This document shows, one piece after another, positions 49,801 through 59,574 of a stretch of 64,000 bases of DNA. Each line of letters opens with the position of its first letter. Position 1 is the stretch's first letter. The stretch comes from Candidatus Hadarchaeota archaeon. Its GTDB lineage: Archaea; CAYQAE01; CAYVLA01. The stretch spans positions 124,664 through 188,663 of the forward strand of contig CAZUNO010000003.1 in NCBI GenBank assembly GCA_964621445.1. Direction: 5' to 3'. The translations under genes and the position numbers were made by a program. Under the pieces are notes generated by a model, which saw only the letters and a list, made by a program, of their open reading frames with translations, searched no databases and had not been told where the DNA came from.

Positions 49801-52800
49801 ACCGTAAGGTATTCCTCGGAGCGAGTCCATGAGCAAATTGAAACATAGGGGGCGGTGGGATCTGGTGTGTTCTTGGCCCGGACCTTGGCGGAGTCCTCTG
49901 CTGCTTTCCCGTATCCATCGTAAGCCTTCGCGGTTATGGTGTAATTACCATCGAGGAATCTAGGGGTGTCAAAGGGCCAGCGATAGGGTGGAGAGTAGTC
50001 GGTGAAAGTCTGGACGCCGTCTACGTAGAACTCCACCTTCTCCACGCCCACGTTGTCCGTGGCCTCGGCGAGGACCGTTTTGGTTCCATTCAAGGTACCC
50101 TCGAGTGGGAGAAGTTCTATTAAGGGTTCCTCGTTATCTGGGATGGGAAGAGTTGAGAAAAGCCCTGCCTCCGAGGCGGTATTTCCATCCACATCCATGG
50201 ATATGGCCAGGAAATGGTAGGTGGTAGAGGGTTCAAGACCGGTAAGGTTTATGGAATGGATCTTGTTATTTCCCCTGTGGGATTCCGAGTAACCATAAAT
50301 CCTGGAGACGGTATCGTATCTCACGGTGCCGTTGGCCGATTCATCGGTGACCCACTCCACTATGGCCCAGTTCGTTTCACATTTCACCGAGGGACCGCTT
50401 GTGAACCTTGGTGGGGTATTTGAATCCCCGATAGGTACAAAGGTGGCCTTGAGAGAATAGTTACCATATACCGTAAAGGTGGTGTCGGGGGACTCGACGT
50501 TTTCCACGGTGTCGACATCGCCGGTCCATAAAGAGAACTCGTGGTCCTGTGAGGGAGAGGCCGACAGGGAAACGTTTTCCCCGCTATCGAAGGTTAAGTT
50601 CCCGGTGCCAGGTGAGGAAACGGTGCCGTTGGGACATGTTTCTATCTGAACCACGTGCCGGGCTTCCTTGGTTGCACAGAAACCGTAAGTTTCGCCGGGA
50701 GAAACCCTTACGCCGGCCATCGCAGCCTTGGTCTGGGTGAAGAGGTACCCCTCATACTTCTCGAGGATCCCCACCAGGATGCCTCCGGAGAAATCGATGT
50801 ATAGCTCGATCTTGTGGTCCGGGCCCCAGGATTGGGGCATGGGATGGGATGGAGTCCTGACATACCCCCATGCGTTGAAGCTTTCCCCATCGGGGGTCGT
50901 GTATCTACCTTCCACGTTGGGACCGGTTGAATATGATGCCGTGCTGGGCCAGAGTTCCAGGGTGCCTTGTACCCCGTTTACGGTAAAGTCATAGGTTCCC
51001 AGGAAATCAGAAAGAACGATGGTTCCCGGAGCCCCCGTTTCATATGAGATCTCCTGGTTCTTGAGCGCATAGAATCCGTAGGGGGTTCCATGCCACCAGG
51101 TCTTGCCGGCCATGCCGTCCAGGGTCTGGGTGAAGAGATAGGCCTCGAAGACCTGGTCGTCTCCGGCGGAGGGGGTGTCCTGGAAATCGAGCTTGAACTG
51201 GAACTGGAACTTGTGGTCTGGTCCCCAGGAAGGTGAAAGCCTGTATTTCCAGGTGTTCATCCTTCCCTGCACGTCATGGGTTTTTCCATCGGAGGCCGTG
51301 TAGTTGCCCTTGATGTTGGGAGTGCCCTCTATCGCGTCGCCATTTGCCTCCCATAGATCTAGATTTCCGAGCCATCCATCGTGGACCATGCTCCAGTTCC
51401 CGATGGCGTCCTTCCTCTGGGTTGGGGATATCCCGCCTATGCGCAGGGAGGGGTCCCCGAAAAGCTGGAACTTCTGCGCGTGGTGGTAGTAGGCCTGCGA
51501 TCTCCAAGTTGAGGTCCACAGAGGGTTGATGCCGAAATCCTCCTGTATGTACTCATAGAGCGCTCGATTCCATATATCACCCATGATGGCCGGTTTGCTG
51601 GAGTAGGTATATGCCTCGAAGAAGTGCCTATCGAGGGTTAATCCCGCCGGCTGTGAGCCCGTGTAGCAGCCTATGTAGCCTATGGCCCCCACATCTCGTT
51701 TCACAAGGAAGAACTCGGCCAGGGAATCCGAGTCGTAGTTTCTGGTTGCGTTCCTCTGGATGGCCGCGGGAACGGGGGGATCGACTGCGTTGGGGTTCTT
51801 GGGCCAGCATCGGCTGTCGTTCCATCCACAGCAGGGAGGACACTCGACGGAGGGGTCGAATTCCTTTCCATTCACGTCAAGATGCTTGCCTTGGTAGTGG
51901 AAGTGTGCGGTGCTGCATGCCGCGGCAAACACCACTGGCAGCCGGTCCGCGTTGTCTAGCTTTACCGGGAAGGAGACGTACACATCGCCGCGCTGGGTTC
52001 CGTTTCTTTCGTCTCCCACGAAATTTACGATGCCCGAGGTGTTTCCCCACCTGAAATTTCCGGTAAGTGGGGTTTCATTACCCGCGCAGAAATTCGTGGT
52101 CCAGGTGCGGGCGGGCTGGAACTTAGACCCTGAGGATAGAGACACCCAGACCTTTCCGGCTTCTTTTCTGGTGAAGGCTATGATATCGTCACTGCCATCG
52201 CCGTTGAAGTCACCGACCCCTGGCTCCTGGGACGGGTAGCAGAAGTTGCCGTGCCATAGGTCTGGAGACCCGAATTTGGTGCCGGTGGAGAGGGCAACGT
52301 GAACGTTGGCCGCTGACCGCTTGAAGGTGATGATGTCGTCCTTTCCGTCGCCGTCGAAGTCGCCTATCATGGGGATCTCGCTCCCCCAGGAGAAGCTCCC
52401 GTGCCAGAGCTTCCCTGGTAGGAAGGAGGTTCCGTTGGAGAGAGATACGTACACGTCGTTGGCGGCTGAACCCGACTTGGTGCCCTTGATGAAGGTGATG
52501 ATGTCGTCCTTCCCGTCGCCGTTGAAGTCCCCGACCTCCGGCCACTCTCCCGGGAGGCAGAAGTAGTTCTGCCATTTCTGCTGGGTTCCGAAGCTCGAGC
52601 CCGTGGAGAGGGCCACGTGGACCTCGGATACATTTCTGTGGAAGCAGGCTATGTCGTCCTTCCCGTCGCCGTTGAAGTCCCCGACTCTTGGTATCTCGCC
52701 CCCCGGACAGAGGTTCCCGTGCCAGATTTGACCGGGACCGAAGTTGGACCCGGTCGAGATTGCGACGTATACATCACCCTGGGCGGAGCCCTTACCCGAG

Positions 52801-55800
52801 TCCCTAAGGAAACAGGCGATATCATCCCTACCATCCCCGCTGAAATCACCGATAACTGGTAGCTCCTGGCCCAGACAGAAGTACTCGTGCCACTTCTCGG
52901 CCGAGCGGAAGTGGAGCTTCATTCCATCCGAGGTGTATACGTGGGCCCAGAGATCGGTGTTACCGTGACCTCCGAAGCTGACGAAACCGGCTCCCTTGTT
53001 CAGTTCATCGTTTATGCTTTCCCGGTCCGGGTTACCGTCGGATAAACCGGCGGGAAGGTCGGCAATCCTTTGGTCATAGAGCCTCACTGGAGTCATACCA
53101 GCTGAAGAGAGGTTGGAGGATACGTGTTCCATCGTCTTCCAGGCATCTGCGTAGTCATTGTATGCATTCTCCCCTTCCTTGTATCCGGGAACGACCATCA
53201 GTGCCCTTTGGAACCAGCTCGAGTCGTAAGAGGAGAACTCGTATGATATGATCTTTTCCACGTAGGTTTTGACCTCGCTGGCCGTTGATGCCGGTATCCT
53301 GCCAACCGCTATGTCCGGAATTAGGTCGGCGTCATCGAGGTTTATGGTGCTGATTGGGTCACCGGACTGCCAGGGTATCCCGTCCATCTCCCCGAACAGG
53401 AGGTCGCCGTCCCCATCCCAGTCCTCGAAGCTGCCGTCCTGTTCATAGAGGTCTGCGTAGTAGAGATCGGACGGGGCGAAGTTGTTACCCCAGTGGGTGG
53501 GGTCATGTATCTTGCAATACCTGACCGGGAACCGGTCGCAGTCTCCCACCAGCATCAGATATTTGATACCGCAGGCATCCTCGTAGGCCGCGGCTCCCAT
53601 CTTTATCCTCTCCTGGATGTCCACCCCGCTTGACGCGAAGCTTCTATTGAGGGTTTGCCAGCTCTGGATGTAGCTCTCCATATCGGTGTGGTCCTTATGT
53701 TTCTTGAGGGGGATAAGCTCCTCGACGAAGTCCTGGTCGGTCAGCATGAGTAGTTCGATATCCCGCGTGGAGAGGTTAATCTCGGTCAGGGTGGAGAAGT
53801 CTCCGGTGAAGTTTGGGGGGATGGACTTGGAGAGCGGTGGATTATCTGATCCCAGACGTACGCCCACTCTAACCTTCTGGCCCGGTTTGCTTTCCAGCTC
53901 TGGAAGGCTGAAGGCCAGCTCCCACACCCTGTGGTTGTATCTCGAGTGAATAGAAGGTCCAAAACCCGCGCCGGCCGTGGAGTGGCACGCCTGGAGTGGT
54001 GTCCATGACTCCTCGCCTAGGTAGTACTGCAGCTGCATTCCCTGGAAAACCGAGGCCCGGTAGTTGGTGTCCAGGTTGGGTGATATCTCGCCATCGCCAT
54101 CGATGTCAAAGGTGATCCACGCAAGGTCCGATGGATCTCCTTCGGTGTCCGCCGGGATATCCAAAAGCATGTACATGCAGGAGGCATCGTTCTGGACACC
54201 AAGGTAGCCCGCCCCAAGGTCTAGGAAAGCGGAGCGGTTCCACTCACCGGCATCAATCTGGCCGTCAATTACCGGTGGCAGGTACGAGAAGGGGCTTTGA
54301 ACCATAAGGGGTTCAGGGACCACCATGTTGATGTGGCAGGTGGCGGGGCCTGCGTTGGACTCGAATTGAATGGTGTGCCCGTATTGCCCTGGGGAGAGGG
54401 CGGACCGGGAAACGGTGATGTTGATTTCGGTTTCATGGCCTGCCGGTACATAACCGGTCATTGGATTAGCGCTGAGCCAGCTGGGCAGATCCGAGACCAT
54501 GTCCCAATCGAGGGCTGCGGAGCCCGGGTTCTGGATGTAGACCGACCCCTTGGTAAGACTCGTACCGAGGTTCAGGACCTGCGGCTCCAGCACAATCTGA
54601 GGATCTCCCTCCGGGACATCCATGGCTACTCCAACCTCGGACTCCCCTCCATTGGAAACCAGGTGAATGATGCAAGCATAGGTACCGGGTGACAACCCAC
54701 TCCTGTCCACCGACGCGGTAACCAATTCGTGGGTTCCCGATCCGAGTTCTCCATCCGTCTTCGAGAGCTCAAGCCACTCGGCGATTTCTCCCTCTGTCTC
54801 CCAGACAAGGGACCCGGAGCCGGCATTGCTCACGTTGAAGAAGGCCGATTGGTCCTCGAGCCCGAGATCAAGTGAAGCGGGGGAGACCTGAAGTACCGGG
54901 CCCTGGCTGAAGGAAGCGTTGATGCTTTGATTTCCCAGAATGGTGATGGTTGTGGACGCTGAGTCGGGGTTGGCCATGGTTCCTGTGCCCCCGGACCAGC
55001 CGGCGAAGTTCCAGCCGGGATCAGCAACGGCCTCCAGAGGTACCTCGAAATCCAGGGGGTATTCGAAGGTTCCCTCACCGGGATCAGCCACGTAGCCGCC
55101 CTCTCCGCTCGATATGGTGAGGAAATAAGACTGCGGTTCGGAATCCGGGACCTCCATATTTACCTCCACCTGGCCCTTTCCTCCATTGGAGATGATGAGC
55201 ATGGTGTGTTGATAGGTTCCCGGGTTAAGTCCCGCTCGATCAACCGCCGCCATGTAGGGCAAGGTCTCGCCCACCCCGGCCGCTCCGCTGGATGGGAAGC
55301 TTAGCCAGGACGGCAGGTCCTGCTCCAGCTGCCAGCTAAGTGGCCCGTTCCCTGAGTTTCCGATATTGACGTAGAGCTCGGTGGTAACCGTGCCGAAATC
55401 CAGGTTCTGTGGCTGCAAGGTGAGCACCGGCAGTCCCTGGAAGGTGCCGGTGATGGCATGGTAGCCGTTAATCGTTATGGTGGTGCTGCTCGAATCGGGG
55501 TCGGCCATGGTTCCGGTGTCCCCGTCCCAACCGGTGAATACGTATCCGGATTGGGCTGATGCCACAAGCGAAACCACCTCCCCATAGTCCCGGTTAAAGT
55601 TGCCCTCTCCCGGGGTGGTTACCGATCCTCCCGAGGTGCTGCCGATGGTTAGACCGGGAACGGTCATGGTGACCGTCACAGTGCCGTCGCCTCCGTTTGT
55701 GGTTACCGAGATGTCGTGGTTGTAGTTCGCCGGCCCCATGCTGGTCCGGGTGACCGTGGCCTTGATAGATGCCCATTCGTCCGGGGTTATGGGGTCTCCC

Positions 55801-56012
55801 GTCATCTGGGAGAGGGTTAACCACCCTGGAAGATCGGACTCGATGGACCACTCGAGGTATTGATCCCCTGTATTTTTTATATTGAACCAGAGCTCGGTGG
55901 TAGTTGATCCGAAGCTCAGGGAGGATGGGGATAGTTCCAGGGCTGGGCCTGCAAGGGCGATATGAGGGATGCCGATAAACAGTACCCCCAGAAGCAGAAA
56001 GGAGTTTCTCAA
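46875..56012 (-). CDS. giant secreted surface protein (3045 aa): N-terminal Ig-like repeats, InlB B-repeat-like module, two caspase-fold (C25/gingipain-like) domains, FG-GAP repeats, FN3-like domain, PEP-CTERM-like C-terminal anchor
   Basis: Signal peptide; repeated 'L.L.P..L.FG....EL..NI.N.G...L.W' modules; 'GYVFTGWDGD'; His/Cys dyads 'FGGHGN'+'AAACSTA' and 'FRGHGN'+'ALSCLTG'; five 'GDFNGDGKDDI' FG-GAP units; C-terminal 'VPEPAAVLLLLLGSGWALQRTIIRVGR'. Confidence 0.8.
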   Translation of the reverse strand: MRNSFLLLGVLFIGIPHIALAGPALELSPSSLSFGSTTTELWFNIKNTGDQYLEWSIESDLPGWLTLSQMTGDPITPDEWASIKATVTRTSMGPANYNHDISVTTNGGDGTVTVTMTVPGLTIGSTSGGSVTTPGEGNFNRDYGEVVSLVASAQSGYVFTGWDGDTGTMADPDSSSTTITINGYHAITGTFQGLPVLTLQPQNLDFGTVTTELYVNIGNSGNGPLSWQLEQDLPSWLSFPSSGAAGVGETLPYMAAVDRAGLNPGTYQHTMLIISNGGKGQVEVNMEVPDSEPQSYFLTISSGEGGYVADPGEGTFEYPLDFEVPLEAVADPGWNFAGWSGGTGTMANPDSASTTITILGNQSINASFSQGPVLQVSPASLDLGLEDQSAFFNVSNAGSGSLVWETEGEIAEWLELSKTDGELGSGTHELVTASVDRSGLSPGTYACIIHLVSNGGESEVGVAMDVPEGDPQIVLEPQVLNLGTSLTKGSVYIQNPGSAALDWDMVSDLPSWLSANPMTGYVPAGHETEINITVSRSALSPGQYGHTIQFESNAGPATCHINMVVPEPLMVQSPFSYLPPVIDGQIDAGEWNRSAFLDLGAGYLGVQNDASCMYMLLDIPADTEGDPSDLAWITFDIDGDGEISPNLDTNYRASVFQGMQLQYYLGEESWTPLQACHSTAGAGFGPSIHSRYNHRVWELAFSLPELESKPGQKVRVGVRLGSDNPPLSKSIPPNFTGDFSTLTEINLSTRDIELLMLTDQDFVEELIPLKKHKDHTDMESYIQSWQTLNRSFASSGVDIQERIKMGAAAYEDACGIKYLMLVGDCDRFPVRYCKIHDPTHWGNNFAPSDLYYADLYEQDGSFEDWDGDGDLLFGEMDGIPWQSGDPISTINLDDADLIPDIAVGRIPASTASEVKTYVEKIISYEFSSYDSSWFQRALMVVPGYKEGENAYNDYADAWKTMEHVSSNLSSAGMTPVRLYDQRIADLPAGLSDGNPDRESINDELNKGAGFVSFGGHGNTDLWAHVYTSDGMKLHFRSAEKWHEYFCLGQELPVIGDFSGDGRDDIACFLRDSGKGSAQGDVYVAISTGSNFGPGQIWHGNLCPGGEIPRVGDFNGDGKDDIACFHRNVSEVHVALSTGSSFGTQQKWQNYFCLPGEWPEVGDFNGDGKDDIITFIKGTKSGSAANDVYVSLSNGTSFLPGKLWHGSFSWGSEIPMIGDFDGDGKDDIITFKRSAANVHVALSTGTKFGSPDLWHGNFCYPSQEPGVGDFNGDGSDDIIAFTRKEAGKVWVSLSSGSKFQPARTWTTNFCAGNETPLTGNFRWGNTSGIVNFVGDERNGTQRGDVYVSFPVKLDNADRLPVVFAAACSTAHFHYQGKHLDVNGKEFDPSVECPPCCGWNDSRCWPKNPNAVDPPVPAAIQRNATRNYDSDSLAEFFLVKRDVGAIGYIGCYTGSQPAGLTLDRHFFEAYTYSSKPAIMGDIWNRALYEYIQEDFGINPLWTSTWRSQAYYHHAQKFQLFGDPSLRIGGISPTQRKDAIGNWSMVHDGWLGNLDLWEANGDAIEGTPNIKGNYTASDGKTHDVQGRMNTWKYRLSPSWGPDHKFQFQFKLDFQDTPSAGDDQVFEAYLFTQTLDGMAGKTWWHGTPYGFYALKNQEISYETGAPGTIVLSDFLGTYDFTVNGVQGTLELWPSTASYSTGPNVEGRYTTPDGESFNAWGYVRTPSHPMPQSWGPDHKIELYIDFSGGILVGILEKYEGYLFTQTKAAMAGVRVSPGETYGFCATKEARHVVQIETCPNGTVSSPGTGNLTFDSGENVSLSASPSQDHEFSLWTGDVDTVENVESPDTTFTVYGNYSLKATFVPIGDSNTPPRFTSGPSVKCETNWAIVEWVTDESANGTVRYDTVSRIYGYSESHRGNNKIHSINLTGLEPSTTYHFLAISMDVDGNTASEAGLFSTLPIPDNEEPLIELLPLEGTLNGTKTVLAEATDNVGVEKVEFYVDGVQTFTDYSPPYRWPFDTPRFLDGNYTITAKAYDGYGKAAEDSAKVRAKNTPDPTAPYVSICSWTRSEEYLTVWADISDQNGLSTAQVYVDGNLIQTEGFPSNPKTANIEFKWYIKPVPKGKEYRIGIMAYDVDLKMGLDTLDILLPATPKMEPKLVVTSRELTRNQNVFTMKITVKNVGKGNATGIILQDYLRLLQPISSNSSTADILAEYNPSAKWWYCLILVEDDIDVGKSRTFTYKAVPVMLQSNQPTPEIGKLKLWYESLKGSEHSSTWSSVKYTTGGQTLQAAYDKALEASNYLIVTNPFRAIYYYNKQDAQNLLSTMARLAMLKHGTLGYLDTNSASAFDKVIGSQGAWNKKLSPSFSKLGHGYLLIVGETELVPSWHQYGFDIEWNNAPNTKDVPLSDHPYSDTTGNGVPDLIVGRVIGNTLEELTATINHSIYVHLGQGGSSYDRSHALLVSGTGYKQGTFVNDVTNLVKVLKGKGLTASELHLKWYSTHDQKASAFKQSILDQDLICFRGHGNLDEWDDIQCGLKTSSSSWSNPNDFPLDFGQASPAVIALSCLTGNYESGDDYNIAEGFLNSGAVVYIGSTQLAPMKQDSKAGNHIFNNWDTTESIGKAFLETERNRYGTDKYGNLFAWEYNIYGDPKFGAVPSLSSNSREGGETLSPELVVTVPQYTVTELEGFDHVDIPGGWTYMERDRPQIPYYVQSFSCPVRTKVQSVELTEKTGLTRQSGLHLPLTTNDFRGGIGSDSTLAEGGWYPGSDYRWTEIEKPDGASELVLQVFPFQYDPSTGESMVWSTFTFEVDYTQSDVSIITLDTDRAQYDIGESVDVEISIQNSGYALDLVTDICIRRIENGDLVEGLLLQTLSNLKGPASCGLTWHPQVEPGHYYVEAEIKNLEGQVFDRRTADLQVGLPSCELTEHEVETGNGNISGMSITVQNTGRTELSGSGVFIARDKSGNTVWREAKGFETLSPGGLIELGETCSFLLSDISSIVMYVSHDGVSTEPVVWTPVPEPAAVLLLLLGSGWALQRTIIRVGRTNEKA

Positions 56013-56231
56013 GGTAGGGATGTGGGGGGAGTTTATGATATATTTGTATTGTGTATGAGATCATTCGGCATGCTAGCGATGTTAATACCGGCTGTATGAG
56101 TGATCTGGTCCGGAGATGGCGGTGAGGAAAATCCATCGATCCAATTTCGAATCCCGTTCGACCATCCAGAATAATCATTATCGCGTGAGGAAACCTTTTT
56201 CCATTCCCAATCTAACTCCATATAGAGATTT

Positions 56232-57461
56232 GTGACCATGGCTGGTCAGAGACCATTGGGGTTGGGCTCGATAATTTTATTGGTTTTTGCCCTTTTTGTT
56301 CCACAATCGGCCTCATCTCTCCCTGATGGTAGGCTAGGCGTTCTATACGTGGGGTGTTTTGCTCGCTCCGCGCCCTTCGAGCAAATGAAGAACGATCCTT
56401 TTTTCTCCATGAGCTATGTGCCGGCCACATTTAGGGACTGGGTTGCGGTTGCCGGGCTCACCATAGATGATACCAAGAGAATGATTAGGCTTTATATGCC
56501 GCGGACCCTGGAAAGGCTGACCAGCCGGTTTGACGTGGTGGCACTGGCTAACGCTAATAGGATGGGTTTGGGAACCAGGAACGTGGAGATGATTGCCAAG
56601 GGAGTGCGGGAGGAGGGGGTCGGGTTTTTCATGTCCGGCAGCTTTGAGAGTTTTGGGGCTAACGCGGGATATCCTGCTTGGGGCGATAGTGCCATCGGGG
56701 AGATACTGCCAACTGAGGATGTCGTGGACACCTGGCCCCAATGCGGCCGTCTTGTCCTCGACGCACCGGATCACGAACTTCTCAGTAGTGTACCTTGGGA
56801 CGACCCTGCACTCAAGCATCCCGATAAATGGGATCATAACCTGGTCACCGTAAAGCCTGGGGCGAACCAGATTGCACATCTTTTGTGGAAGCCGGGGGTT
56901 GACCACCCCCTGATGGTTACCTGGGAGGTAGAGGGCGGGGCAACGGTTTTCGCGCTGACCAGCGAGATTTCGCGTCTCACCTGGACTGGGGATGCCTGGG
57001 AGTACGATTACGATTTCGGTAGCAATCTCATGATCTACCTGGACGGCCGACCTGTGCCCCAGGAAACGGAGATCGTTCACCGGGCCAGGTCCAAGATACT
57101 GGAGATAGCGGATAGGAGGAAGTTGGTTATCGACCTTCTCCAGTTCAGCGAGTCCTTCGGGGCCAATACACATGAGGTAATGAACAGTCTTGGCGAGGTG
57201 GACGAGGTCATTTCCCAGGCCTCCGAGCAGTACATCGATCTCCAGTACCAGGAGATGCTGGAAACAAACGAAATAGTGGTCTCCATGCTCCAGGATTTAC
57301 AGCAGGAGGCGGTTGAACTAAAGAACCATGCCCTGATGTGGGTCTATTTAATCGAGTGGCTGGCAGTTACGGGGACCGCTCTGGTCTGCGGTTTCGTGCT
57401 TTGGACGGTTATGGTCCGGCGCAAGCTTTACAGGCAGGTTAAAGTGACCAGAGGTAGGTAA
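56232..57461 (+). CDS. GATase1-like domain protein with signal peptide and C-terminal TM anchor; paralog B
   Basis: See paralog A; divergent from the giant gene. Confidence 0.5.
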   Translation: MTMAGQRPLGLGSIILLVFALFVPQSASSLPDGRLGVLYVGCFARSAPFEQMKNDPFFSMSYVPATFRDWVAVAGLTIDDTKRMIRLYMPRTLERLTSRFDVVALANANRMGLGTRNVEMIAKGVREEGVGFFMSGSFESFGANAGYPAWGDSAIGEILPTEDVVDTWPQCGRLVLDAPDHELLSSVPWDDPALKHPDKWDHNLVTVKPGANQIAHLLWKPGVDHPLMVTWEVEGGATVFALTSEISRLTWTGDAWEYDYDFGSNLMIYLDGRPVPQETEIVHRARSKILEIADRRKLVIDLLQFSESFGANTHEVMNSLGEVDEVISQASEQYIDLQYQEMLETNEIVVSMLQDLQQEAVELKNHALMWVYLIEWLAVTGTALVCGFVLWTVMVRRKLYRQVKVTRGR

Positions 57462-57579
57462 GCGGTTTAATCCCCCGATATTTTCTCTAAATGATCCAGG
57501 GCGATAATTTCCAGTTAAGGACGCTCTACCGGAGTTTGAGAAGAAATAATAACCCTGTTCGGCATCGAGGCCTTGGTCC

Positions 57580-58815
57580 ATGATCCACGAAAATAAGGCG
57601 CTTTTGATCGCTGGACTCGCCTTTTTCCTATTCCTTATGGTTTCCATGCCCACGGAGGCCCTGCCTAGCGGGAAAATTGGGGTTCTCTATATTGGCGATC
57701 TCGCTCGCTCACCACCTTTCAACATGATGACCTCTGACCCTCTGTTTTCCATGTCCTTCGTTCCCGCATCTCTTCGTGATGACTGGGCTGCCGAGGCGGG
57801 GCTTACAATCGATGATGTCCATAGGAGGATACGGCTCTATATGCCACGGACCACGGAAGCACTCGCCGATCGGGCCGATATCGTGGTGCTGTCCAATGGA
57901 AATCGTTTGGCGGTGGGCTCCAAGAACGCCGACCTGATCGCAAGAGGGGTCCGGGAAGAGGGGGTCGGCCTCTTAATGGCCGGTGGATGGGAGAGTTTCG
58001 GTGGCAGTGGGAGTTGGTCCCCGCCGTGGGGGGAGACGTCCATAGGAGAGATACTCCCAACCGAGGATTTGGCGGGCACATGGATACAGGATGGGCGCCT
58101 GGTTATCGATAGACCTGACCATGAGCTCATTGACAGTTTGCCCTGGGATTCCCCGTTGTTAAAGAATCCCGTTCTTTGGCACCATAACCTGGTCCAGGTC
58201 AAGCCGGGTGCCAATCTGCTCGCCCACGCTCTTTGTGCGGGGGGAGAGGAGCACCCCCTGATGGTTACCTGGGAGATCGAGGCGACCAGGGTATTCGCCC
58301 TTACCAGCGAGATACACACCCTTTCTTGGTATGGAAAGCCCTGGAAGTACGACTATGATTTCGGGAGCAACCTGATGATATACCTGGATGGTAGGCCTGT
58401 GCCCCAGGAGATCGAACTGGTTCACCGGGCCAGGTCCAAGATACTGGAGATGGATCGGAGGAAATCGCTTCTGATGGGCCTTCTGGATTTCTGTGACTCC
58501 TTCGGCGCCAATACGAAAGCGGTCATGTCCAAGATCGATCAGGCCGATGATGTGCTATCACAGGCAAATGAGGAATATCTACAGCTACGATTCCAGGAGA
58601 TGCTGGAAACCTACGAGGTAGCGGAGGACATGATCGAGGAGGTTGAGGAGGACGCGGTGGAACTAAAAAACCGGGCCCTTCTCTGGGTTTACGTTATCGA
58701 GTGGCTGGCGGTAACCGGAACCGCCCTGGTCTGCGGTTTCGTGCTCTGGACGGTTATGATCCAGCGACGATATTTCAGAGAGGTCCGCAGCACCCGTCAC
58801 AGGTCAGGAAGATGA
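57580..58815 (+). CDS. GATase1-like domain protein with signal peptide and C-terminal TM anchor; paralog C
   Basis: Tandem to paralog B with the same conserved blocks and C-terminal TM helix. Confidence 0.5.
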   Translation: MIHENKALLIAGLAFFLFLMVSMPTEALPSGKIGVLYIGDLARSPPFNMMTSDPLFSMSFVPASLRDDWAAEAGLTIDDVHRRIRLYMPRTTEALADRADIVVLSNGNRLAVGSKNADLIARGVREEGVGLLMAGGWESFGGSGSWSPPWGETSIGEILPTEDLAGTWIQDGRLVIDRPDHELIDSLPWDSPLLKNPVLWHHNLVQVKPGANLLAHALCAGGEEHPLMVTWEIEATRVFALTSEIHTLSWYGKPWKYDYDFGSNLMIYLDGRPVPQEIELVHRARSKILEMDRRKSLLMGLLDFCDSFGANTKAVMSKIDQADDVLSQANEEYLQLRFQEMLETYEVAEDMIEEVEEDAVELKNRALLWVYVIEWLAVTGTALVCGFVLWTVMIQRRYFREVRSTRHRSGR

Positions 58816-58945
58816 AGACCCCTGGAGTTCACCCGGGCTCGAAGGTCGAGACAGGCGGAGTTTTCAGGTTGGTGCTAAGGCGAATACCCTCTCCTCAGGA
58901 TAGGAAAAAGAAACAATATATAGTATGTGTACACATAATACACAT

Positions 58946-59185
58946 ATGGGTTCCAAGAATATCTCCATTCGAAAGGATGTATACGAGAAGCTAAAAATCG
59001 AGAAGAGGCCGGACGAGAGCTTCACCGAAGTGATTGATAGGCTACTGAAATCCGAAAAACCGCCGCTCACAAAATTTTCCGGGACCATATCCGAAAAAAC
59101 AGCAGTAGGGATGGAACGCACGTTGGAGATACTATCGGAGATGGAGAAGAGGGAGATAGCCAAGCTTCACGGGGAGTCAAAATGA
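58946..59185 (+). CDS. vapB: type II antitoxin (VapB-like)
   Basis: About 80 aa, 'MGSKNISIRKDVYEKLK'; 4-bp overlap (ATGA) with the downstream PIN gene. Track start 58925; ATG at 58946 preferred. Confidence 0.6.
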   Translation: MGSKNISIRKDVYEKLKIEKRPDESFTEVIDRLLKSEKPPLTKFSGTISEKTAVGMERTLEILSEMEKREIAKLHGESK

Positions 59186-59574
59186 TCCTCGATACAACAT
59201 TCGCCATAGACCTGCTGAGGGGAAATAAGAGCGCGGAGAAGAAGGCCCGGGAGATGGAGGACAGAGACGAGGCAGTTGTCATACCGACACCCGTGGTGCT
59301 TGAACTCTTCGCTGGTGCGGCTCGTTCGGATGCCCCCATGAGTGAGAGACGGAAAGTCGAGGAATTCGCCAGTAGCTATGGTCATGCTATCCTGGGATAC
59401 AATGAAGCTAGGCTGGCTGGAGAGATCCTGGGAAACCTGATGCTGAAAGGCCAAAGGATCGGGTTGATCGACACCATGATTGCCAGTATCGCGATCACTC
59501 ACGGAGAAACCGTCTTGACGAGAAGCCCTGAGCACTTCGATAGAATCGAGGGGGTCAGGGTAGAGGGTTACTGA
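59182..59574 (+). CDS. vapC: PIN-domain toxin VapC
   Basis: 'MILDTTFAIDLLRG' N-terminal PIN motif, 'IDTMIAS' C-terminal acidic motif. Confidence 0.8.
   Translation: MILDTTFAIDLLRGNKSAEKKAREMEDRDEAVVIPTPVVLELFAGAARSDAPMSERRKVEEFASSYGHAILGYNEARLAGEILGNLMLKGQRIGLIDTMIASIAITHGETVLTRSPEHFDRIEGVRVEGY

Noticed and set aside
46875-56012. Many 60-190 aa ORFs on both strands inside the giant gene (for example 47570-47788, 52210-52575, 55594-56178, 56343-57173)
   Set aside because: They overlap a long, motif-rich reading frame and have biased, low-complexity translations typical of shadow ORFs in GC-rich coding DNA.
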